From an uncultured Ruminococcus sp. (GTDB lineage Bacteria > Bacillota > Clostridia > Oscillospirales > CAG-272): a stretch of DNA of 45,709 nt. Of the stretch, positions 32,962 through 39,273 are shown piece by piece. The position numbers and the translations under genes are program-made. The stretch lies in contig CACZVC010000003.1 of assembly GCA_902784545.1 (NCBI GenBank), forward strand, positions 1-45,709. Direction: 5' to 3'. A model generated the notes under the pieces. That model was not told the DNA's origin, searched no databases, and was given only the letters and a program-made list of their open reading frames with translations. The stretch's first letter is position 1. Each line of letters begins with the position of its first letter.

Positions 32962-33951
32962 TTAATCGGTTCTTAAATTTATGCCTAATTCATTTTCAAA
33001 AGTTTTTTTGAAGCTGTCAAAATATTCTTGTGATTTGTCAATATCAATATAAAATATTATCTGTTCTATAGCATTCCATCCGTATTCAGCGAGTTCCGCA
33101 CCGACAGAGCCACTTTCAAAATGTGATAAGTAACCTAATGCAACGAAAAAATGGTTAACGGTAGCGTCTTCATCATCATACATAGCTTCCAGACCGCTGT
33201 TGTATAAATACGGAAATCCGTCAACTATCCAATCAGTAACTGTACTGTTGTTCCCATTCGTTTGTTCGTATTCGGCGGTTAATTCAACATAATACTTTTT
33301 CAAGCCGTCAAACCTGTCGCGCCTTGTATCAATCTCTTTTTTTGCCGCTTTTTTCCACAAATTTGCAGTTTTTTTAAAAAACCAATCGGGATCGGACGAT
33401 ACAAATGTATATGTTCCACTGACCTTAACACTCTTACCGCCTGTTATTTCTATATTTCCCTCGTCAGTAATTTTTATTGTTGCTGCAAGATCTTCTGAAC
33501 CCCCATTCCAAACCCCATCCACCGTTTTATCTGCAAGATTAACGTCTTCCTTATAAAAGCCTAAACCGAGTGATTGTTTTATATCGTAACTTAAGGGAAT
33601 TAAACAACTAACTACATTATCTTCTGAATAAAAATTATTATCAACTAAATCAGCGTAATGAATTAGTCCTAAGTATGCATTTGAGAACAAGTTATCCCAA
33701 TTTGCTTTTGCAGGATATGAATACATATCAATTGAAATGCTATAAAAAATGGTTTCACCGTTTTGTTCTTCTTTGTATCTCATAGCAATATAAGTTTTGT
33801 CTTCGACACATTCCCATGTGCCCTCAAGAAACTTTAGTAAATCCGTATCGGTGCTGAAATTTGTGTTGCGTTTGCCGCAAGAAAATAAAACGGGTAAGAG
33901 CATAAAAACTACAATCAAAGCAACGGTGACTTTTTTTAATTCTTTTTTCAT
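32962..33951 (-). CDS. Lipoprotein, function unknown
   Basis: MKKELKKVTVALIVVFMLLPVLFSCGK (lipobox LFSC). 329 aa with no recognised domain. AT-rich. Confidence 0.75.
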   Translation of the reverse strand: MKKELKKVTVALIVVFMLLPVLFSCGKRNTNFSTDTDLLKFLEGTWECVEDKTYIAMRYKEEQNGETIFYSISIDMYSYPAKANWDNLFSNAYLGLIHYADLVDNNFYSEDNVVSCLIPLSYDIKQSLGLGFYKEDVNLADKTVDGVWNGGSEDLAATIKITDEGNIEITGGKSVKVSGTYTFVSSDPDWFFKKTANLWKKAAKKEIDTRRDRFDGLKKYYVELTAEYEQTNGNNSTVTDWIVDGFPYLYNSGLEAMYDDEDATVNHFFVALGYLSHFESGSVGAELAEYGWNAIEQIIFYIDIDKSQEYFDSFKKTFENELGINLRTD

Positions 33952-34223
33952 CTTCTTTTCCTCTCATTTAAATAAAAAAGTGCGCCAACCGAGGTCAGCG
34001 CACCGAAAAACGCAAACCCCAATTGTCGCCAAACAAATCCAACAGTAATGGAATTCTCTCCATATAACAGCCGTGAAGTTTACGTTTTTACCGTTCTTTA
34101 TAGCTGTTATATCCGGAATGAGATTTTTTATTCAGAACAAATTAAAGCAAAAAAGCAAAATGCGAAAAAAGTCCAAATAAAAAACGGACAGAAATACACA
34201 TTACTTATTATGGATTGTTTGGC
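33952..34223 (-). promoter_or_regulatory. Long (about 270 nt) structured 5' leader of the islet operon, with an intrinsic-terminator-like hairpin just before the RBS
   Basis: Closing helix: ggattgtttggc 34212-34223 pairs with gccaaacaaatcc 34028-34040 (12 bp, 1 bulge). Inner helix: 34059-34071 pairs with 34103-34117 (13 bp, 2-nt bulge). On the minus strand, gtgcgc-N12-gcgcac followed by a T-run (TTTTTTATT) lies at 33971-34003. Confidence 0.45.
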
Positions 34224-34229
34224 AAATTA

Positions 34230-34258
34230 ATATTACCACATATACTTAAGCTTGTCAA
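34230..34258 (-). promoter_or_regulatory. Sigma-70-type promoter of the islet operon
   Basis: On the minus strand: TTGACA (34258-34253), 17 nt, TAATAT (34235-34230) with an extended TGg. Confidence 0.6.
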
Positions 34259-34364
34259 GTGTTTTTATAAAATTTATAAAATATTACAATTGGAACTCAG
34301 TCATTTAACTTATTACAGTTAATTGCATCGCACGCTGATTTCAATTATTTATTAACCGCAAATC

Positions 34365-34393
34365 TTGACAAAGGCGGATTTATATGGTAAAAT
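34365..34393 (+). promoter_or_regulatory. Sigma-70-type promoter of the first HD-GYP gene
   Basis: TTGACA (34365-34370), 17 nt, TAAAAT (34388-34393) with an extended TGg. Confidence 0.6.
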
Positions 34394-34444
34394 CAATATG
34401 ATCCATATTTCCCGCGCCGCGCGCACGATCACAGAGAGTTTGGT

Positions 34445-36277
34445 ATGAATTACACATATCCGATAGAAGAATACCGCAGACGGCTGTTTGAATACGTCGA
34501 GCTTGAAAAGCTTTCCTTTTCGCCCGCGGACAGCCGCGAATACGTGCTTGAAAAGCTGGAGGAGCGCTCAAAAAAGAAGCGCGTTATCGCCGACGCCGCA
34601 AACACGATGATACGCGAGTATCTGGAGACGTTTGAAAAGGAACCCGATAAAATAACGCCCGAAGACGCGGACGTTTTATACCGTTTTCTCAAGCTTATCG
34701 TTCCCGAGGGGCTGTATACCGGACAGGCGACGGATTTCGGCGTTTTGTACCGTCTGGCAAAGATACTCTCCGCGTATTACAAAAACAAGGATATCGACCG
34801 CTATTCCACGGCGCTGAACCGCTGTTCGTACGGATACCGCGCGTATATACAAAGCCATTCTCTCAAACTTCAGGATTCGCCTTATACCGACGACTGCCTC
34901 GAGCTTGTCACGCACATAGAAGAGATGACGGATGAGGAAAAAACGACGGCGTTATACGCGCTTTCGCGCTGCGTCGTAATGAATATCGAGCGTTTCCCTC
35001 TCGAATTCTATCAAACCGTCAACGATACGATCCTTTCAAACCTCAAAAAGCCTTATTCCGAGCGCGAGGAGCTTATGCTGCTTATCATGTACGGCAGTAT
35101 TCTCGACGGCTTCTGCGATTACTGCCTGTACGCGAGAGACAACGGCATAGACGTGGACGTTTCAGTTTACCGCCCGTTTCTTAAAGGCGTCTGCGCGCAC
35201 GTGCGCGAATGCATAGATGAAGACCGCACCTGCGGACTCGGAAATCTGAAGCTTGAAAGAGTGCTTATGATAACGGATTTCCATTTCGGCGTAATAACGC
35301 TCGACGAGCTGCTTGACGGACTGACGGAAATACAGAACGAGGCGTCGAAAAGCGGGAGCACGGGGATGCAGGGCTTCGGTCTCGGCACGGTCAACTATCT
35401 GTATTTGACGTATCTGTATAAATACAGCCCGAAGCCGAAGGAGGAGATCGTGCGGCTCAGCAGAAAGCGGATTTACGAAGTTTTGCCTAAGCTTTTGCCG
35501 CTGTCGCGTAAGGTCAACAACCCGCAGTTCGGGCGTTTTCTCGTCACGTTTCTGAACGCCGCTTCGCTTACCGGCAATTTCGCCGACTTCGAGGACGTCA
35601 TACTCGAGGCGACCGTTTACGCGGACCGCGCTCTGTTCATACATACCGTTATGGTGCGGGAGATGAGCCGGGCGATATTCGACTATATGATAGAAAAAAC
35701 GCCCGAAGCGTTTGACGGCACGGCGGGTCACGACGCGGAATATATACGCACGCACAAGGAAGAAATGAAAAAACTGCTCGAGGACTGCTGTATGTATCAC
35801 GATATCGGCAAGTTTTTCGTGCTTGACATCGTGGAGAATTCGATGCGGCGCCTCTCCGACGACGAATTTCAGCTGATAAAGGGTCATCCGAAGGGATTTG
35901 ACGGGATATACAGTATGAACGACGAGCACGACGAGCGCGTCGTATGCATACGCGACTGCGCGCTTACGCATCATTTATGGCACGACGGAACGCGCGGTTA
36001 TCCCGATATAAAGCAGACGAAAAACAGACCGTTTGCGGATATCTTAGCGATCGCGGACAGTATCGACGCCGCAACGGATTTTCTCGGGCGCCCGTACAAC
36101 AGCGGAAAGACGATAGATCAGCTGATCGCCGAGTTTCAGGCGGGCGCGGGAACGCACTACGGTCCCGAAGCCGCCGCGGCGCTCTCCGCTCCGGAGGTGC
36201 GCGACCGCCTGCATTACCTGATAACCGAAGGACGCAGGGATATTTATTACAGGATATACGCATTTAATAAACTTTGA
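34445..36277 (+). CDS. Cytoplasmic HD-GYP domain protein with a roughly 400-aa unrecognised N-terminal domain
   Basis: C-terminal YHDIGKF, KGHP, HHLWHDGTRGYP and ADSIDAATD, which is the HD-GYP signature. The N-terminal helical region has no motif I recognise. Confidence 0.85.
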   Translation: MNYTYPIEEYRRRLFEYVELEKLSFSPADSREYVLEKLEERSKKKRVIADAANTMIREYLETFEKEPDKITPEDADVLYRFLKLIVPEGLYTGQATDFGVLYRLAKILSAYYKNKDIDRYSTALNRCSYGYRAYIQSHSLKLQDSPYTDDCLELVTHIEEMTDEEKTTALYALSRCVVMNIERFPLEFYQTVNDTILSNLKKPYSEREELMLLIMYGSILDGFCDYCLYARDNGIDVDVSVYRPFLKGVCAHVRECIDEDRTCGLGNLKLERVLMITDFHFGVITLDELLDGLTEIQNEASKSGSTGMQGFGLGTVNYLYLTYLYKYSPKPKEEIVRLSRKRIYEVLPKLLPLSRKVNNPQFGRFLVTFLNAASLTGNFADFEDVILEATVYADRALFIHTVMVREMSRAIFDYMIEKTPEAFDGTAGHDAEYIRTHKEEMKKLLEDCCMYHDIGKFFVLDIVENSMRRLSDDEFQLIKGHPKGFDGIYSMNDEHDERVVCIRDCALTHHLWHDGTRGYPDIKQTKNRPFADILAIADSIDAATDFLGRPYNSGKTIDQLIAEFQAGAGTHYGPEAAAALSAPEVRDRLHYLITEGRRDIYYRIYAFNKL

Positions 36278-36307
36278 AATAATGCCGCAGTTTTTTAAAA
36301 AAACATC

Positions 36308-36336
36308 TTGACAAAACTTATGTTTTGTGGTATTAT
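36308..36336 (+). promoter_or_regulatory. Sigma-70-type promoter of tRNA-Leu
   Basis: TTGACA (36308-36313), 17 nt, TATTAT (36331-36336) with an extended TGg. Confidence 0.65.
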
Positions 36337-36354
36337 ATCAAAGCGACCTGATAA

Positions 36355-36441
36355 GCGGGCGTGGCGGAACTGGCAGACGCGCAAGATTCAGGTTCTTGTG
36401 TTCGCAAGGACATGCAGGTTCAATTCCTGTCGCCCGCACCA
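36355..36441 (+). tRNA. tRNA-Leu (anticodon CAG), type II with a long variable arm and encoded CCA
   Basis: Acceptor gcgggcg/cgcccgc. D stem gcg/cgc with an 11-nt loop. Anticodon stem caaga/tcttg with loop ttCAGgt. 15-nt variable arm. T arm gcagg-ttcaatt-cctgt. Discriminator A + CCA. Confidence 0.93.
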
Positions 36442-36495
36442 ATACAATAAGGACTCCCCTTGCGGGAGTCCATATTGTATGGATAAAGCAAAAAA

Positions 36496-36636
36496 ACAGG
36501 GTTCGAAGGGCGCGTGTTGAATGACAGCCCGGTGGGCTATCAGACCGCGCCACCGCTCCGCCCGCAGGCGGGCGAACCCTGTCATTCCGACCATAAAAGA
36601 AACCTCTTTTGTCTACCACGACAAAAGGGGTTTTTT
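36496..36636 (+). ncRNA. Candidate small structured RNA (or decayed att/tRNA-like remnant) ending in an intrinsic terminator
   Basis: Competing helices: acagggttcg 36496-36505 / cgaaccctgt 36573-36582, and gaatgacag 36519-27 / ctgtcattc 36579-87. Internal GC hairpins. Terminator cctcttttgtc-N6-gacaaaagggg + T6 at 36603-36636. Confidence 0.3.
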
Positions 36637-36676
36637 CTTGCATTTTGGGCAAAAATCGGGCAAATATAGGTAAAAT

Positions 36677-36722
36677 CGGGCTTTCAGACGGTTGATCAGC
36701 CGTCCGGAAGCCCGTTTTTTTT
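36677..36722 (+). terminator. Intrinsic terminator
   Basis: cgggctttcagacgg-ttgatcag-ccgtccggaagcccg followed by T8. Confidence 0.65.
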
Positions 36723-36943
36723 GTTTTCAGGTAGCAAAAACGACGAAAAATGCTGGTGTACTTTTTGCGTTTCTTTGCTCTGCAAAGAACTACAAAAAAA
36801 TACAGGGTGGGTGGATTTGAACCCCGAAACACACGAAAGAGTGTATGAAAGCGTCAATTTTGACGCGCTCACTACTTGATTTTTGCATTAGAATATGTTA
36901 TAATATATATGTATTTTTATGTTCGCCGGAATGGGGAGCAACC

Positions 36944-37275
36944 ATGGCAGAAAACAGCAACAAGATCAAACTGCTGAAACTCTACGAGTTACTCCAAAAG
37001 GATACCGACGAAGACCGCCCCCTTTCGCGTCAAGAGCTGGTTCGTCTGCTCTGCGAACAAGGCGTGCCTGTTGGCATCAGAACAATAGATAGAGACATCG
37101 ACGCTCTGACCGAGTTTGGCTTCGAGATCATTACATTTAAGAAGGATCACGAATGATACTACTATGTGCCAGAGCGCGAGTTTTCGATACCAGAATTGAA
37201 GATCCTGATGGACGCGGTGCAGGCAGCGAGCTTCGTAACAGAAAAGAAAACGAAGGATCTCATTGATAAGATATT
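36944..37275 (+). pseudogene. Remnant of a WYL/DeoR-HTH type transcriptional regulator (in-frame TGA, 3' part missing)
   Basis: Own promoter: TTGATT 36876-81, 17 nt, TATAAT 36899-904. The HTH part is MAENSNKIKLLKLYELLQKDTDEDRPLSRQELVRLLCEQGVPVGIRTIDRDIDALTEFGFEI. A TGA stop at 37154-37156 is followed in the same frame by YYYVPEREFSIPELKILMDAVQAASFVTEKKTKDLIDKI. Resemblance is lost from about 37275, and no WYL domain is present in any frame. Confidence 0.6.
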
Positions 37276-37440
37276 CTGTTTTCGCGGCGAGTTGAGATTG
37301 AGAATGCCCGGCGGGGGTGCGAAGGCGACCGGAAGAGGCGGGCGATTTTTGAGCCGGGGGCTGCGGGAGGGCTTGCATTGCTTTACGGAGCGGTGTATGA
37401 TACACCCGTAGTTACGAATACTTGTGCAAGGAGGAATCCG

Positions 37441-38577
37441 ATGAACCGGACGATTGACCTGAAAAAAGCAAAGCTGTTGGGTTACGGACTGTCATGCTGC
37501 TTTCTGCTGATCCACGTTGTCATGTTTTTGCTGTTTTTCTCCTACAAAGTGACACCCATGGCGTATTTCAACATCTTCTCGATCGCGTTCTATCTGTTTT
37601 CCTTACTGCTGATCAAACAGGAACGCGTGTGGCTTTACTCGGTTCTGATTCATCTTGAGGTCGTCGCGCACATGTCGCTGGCGGTGTGCTTTGTCGGCGT
37701 GGACGGCGGATTCCACGTGACGCTGATCGGCATGAGTGCGCTGGCGTTTTATGCGGAGTACGTAAGCGTCAATCTCAAATCGCGGCGCGTGTCGGGTCTT
37801 GCACTGAGCGGCTTGAGTATGGTTGCCTATCTCGGCTGCTATATTTTCAGTCAGCTTCACCCCACCGGTTATGCGCTGCCGCACAGCGTGTGCTTCTGGC
37901 TGCAGATTGCTTGGGGCGTGATTGTTTTCGGCATCAGTTGCTTCTTTTTGCAGCTCTTTATGACAAACACACTACGCTCGGAACGCACGATCGACGTGGT
38001 GCAGGCGCTGACGGAGGCGATCGACGCCAAAGATACCTATACAAACGGTCATTCCGGACGCGTCGCAAAGTATTCCCGGGAGATCGCGAAACGGGCGGGG
38101 ATGAGCGAAAAGGCGCAGAATGAGATCTACATAATGGCGCTTGTACACGACGTCGGAAAGATCGGCGTGCCGGACGCGGTCATCAATAAACGAGGCAGTC
38201 TGACCGAGGAGGAGTTCGGGGAGATCAAAATGCATACCGTGACGGGCGAGCGCATTCTGGAGAAAATCGAGTATATGCCGGAGCTCGCTGTCGGCGCGCA
38301 CCTGCACCACGAACGGATCGACGGAAGCGGATACCCCGAGGGTCTGACGGGAGAACACATCCCGGCGGCAGCCCGGATTATCGCCGTTGCGGACGCCTAC
38401 GACGCCATGAGCAGCAATCGCAGTTACCGCGAAGCGATGCCGCAGAGCCGCGTGCGCGAAGAGATTGAGCACGGACTCGGGACGCAGTTCGATCCAAAAT
38501 ACGGAAAAATCATGCTCGAAATGATCGACGAGGATACAGAATACAGGCTGCGGGAGGGCGGAGGGCGCCCCGCTTGA
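37441..38577 (+). CDS. Membrane-bound HD-GYP domain protein (about 6 TM sensor + HD-GYP)
   Basis: ATG at 37441 with an AGGAGG RBS and six hydrophobic helices. HD-GYP signature: TNGHSGRV, LVHDVGKIGVP, HLHHERIDGSGYP, AVADAYDAM. Confidence 0.88.
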   Translation: MNRTIDLKKAKLLGYGLSCCFLLIHVVMFLLFFSYKVTPMAYFNIFSIAFYLFSLLLIKQERVWLYSVLIHLEVVAHMSLAVCFVGVDGGFHVTLIGMSALAFYAEYVSVNLKSRRVSGLALSGLSMVAYLGCYIFSQLHPTGYALPHSVCFWLQIAWGVIVFGISCFFLQLFMTNTLRSERTIDVVQALTEAIDAKDTYTNGHSGRVAKYSREIAKRAGMSEKAQNEIYIMALVHDVGKIGVPDAVINKRGSLTEEEFGEIKMHTVTGERILEKIEYMPELAVGAHLHHERIDGSGYPEGLTGEHIPAAARIIAVADAYDAMSSNRSYREAMPQSRVREEIEHGLGTQFDPKYGKIMLEMIDEDTEYRLREGGGRPA

Positions 38578-38600
38578 AGCCATACGGAATGCGTTTTTTG

Positions 38601-38634
38601 AAAGAGGACGCGCTGCGGAGCAGCGCGTCCTCTT
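38601..38634 (+). terminator. Strong GC hairpin after the HD-GYP gene (weak T-run)
   Basis: aagaggacgcgctgc-ggag-cagcgcgtcctctt, a 14-15 bp stem, followed only by gtatat. Confidence 0.5.
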
Positions 38635-38719
38635 GTATATACGGGTACGGCGGGATTCGTCGGCGCCGCGGTTGCAGGCGGACGCGCAGGAGGAAGGCGG
38701 GCGGGGAAGCCTTGAAGTG

Positions 38720-39080
38720 CTCGATTTCATCTGAGGGCTTCGCCCGAAGATTTCACCGAGGCGCCCCTTAGGGTCCCCAAAACGAGCTTGCCGAGTTATG
38801 GGGAAAGGGGCAATGCCTCGATTTCACTTATCATACGATTTTGCGTTTGAATATGGGCTGTTCGGCTCCGGCAGAAATGTGTTTTAGTCAAGTCCGTTAT
38901 CGATATCCGCACTAGAAAAAGTCCGACGCGCAAGCGCCGGACTTTTTCAACTAAATCCGTCCTGGCGGACGGGTTAAATCCACTTCGTGGATGAAATCGC
39001 TTTCGCGATGAAATCCGCACTAACGTGCGGGATAAAGAGGACGGATTTGATCTCACCGCGGCGCCGCCGCGATTTCATTT
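38720..39080. repeat. Micro-hairpin array D: GATTTCAY / RTGAAATC spacer motif alternating with small GC hairpins
   Basis: GATTTCAT/C occurs at 38723, 38749, 38820 and 39071; the complement (T/A)(A/G)AATC occurs at 38952, 38974, 38991 and 39008. Hairpins: ccgtcc-tggc-ggacgg 38957-72, ccac-ttc-gtgg 38980-90, cgc-tttc-gcg 38998-39007, ccgcac-taac-gtgcgg 39015-30. Outer perfect 10-bp inverted repeat: aaatccgtcc 38953-62 / ggacggattt 39039-48. Confidence 0.7.
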
Positions 39081-39105
39081 TTCCGGCGTCGGGCGTTAAG
39101 CATAG

Positions 39106-39131
39106 AAAAAGGGACTGTTTTTCAGCCCCTT
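39106..39131 (-). terminator. Intrinsic terminator after the mini-ORF / giant gene
   Basis: On the minus strand: aggggctg-aaaaa-cagtccct followed by TTTTT. Confidence 0.65.
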
Positions 39132-39140
39132 TATTCATTG

Positions 39141-39260
39141 TCAGGGATTATCAAGCGGGTCTTCCGGCAAAGTTATATCACTACATTTCAGTATATCTTC
39201 CGAGGTGAACACGATTATTTCAAGCTCAGGAGTTTTATACTCTTCTTTATTCTGTTTCAT
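39141..39260 (-). CDS. Unannotated 39-codon ORF immediately downstream of the giant gene
   Basis: Below the ORF-track length cutoff. ATG at 39260 with GAAGGGAGAA 6 nt upstream, 14 nt after the giant gene's TGA. Sequence MKQNKEEYKTPELEIIVFTSEDILKCSDITLPEDPLDNP, then TGA at 39141-43, then the terminator. Confidence 0.5.
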   Translation of the reverse strand: MKQNKEEYKTPELEIIVFTSEDILKCSDITLPEDPLDNP

Positions 39261-39273
39261 GACCGTTCTCCCT

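Noticed and set aside
34028-34223. An invertible promoter (inverton) bounded by the 12-13-bp inverted repeats.
   Set aside because: The predicted promoter lies outside the repeats, there is no recombinase gene nearby, and the repeats are short and imperfect. An RNA closing helix is the simpler reading.
33952-34223. A c-di-GMP riboswitch in the islet leader, suggested by the neighbouring HD-GYP genes.
   Set aside because: I could find none of the conserved GEMM-I/II sequence blocks that I remember, such as the ACGCAAAGC-type tetraloop-receptor segments.
36519-36593. A second, intact tRNA gene downstream of tRNA-Leu.
   Set aside because: The 9-bp closing helix, a 9-nt T-loop-like region, and the absence of proper D and anticodon arms are incompatible with a functional tRNA. 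It is treated as a possible remnant or small RNA instead.
36338-36832. 164-aa minus-strand ORF, and plus-strand ORFs 36308-36520 and 36327-36524.
   Set aside because: They overlap the tRNA-Leu gene, its promoter and two terminators. No RBS and no protein-like composition.
39141-39260. Calling the mini-ORF a lasso-peptide (RiPP) precursor.
   Set aside because: Only the YxxPxL leader-like motif fits. There is no cyclase, leader peptidase or RRE gene in the window, and the Thr(-2)/core register is not convincing. I kept it as a hint inside the finding, not as an annotation.
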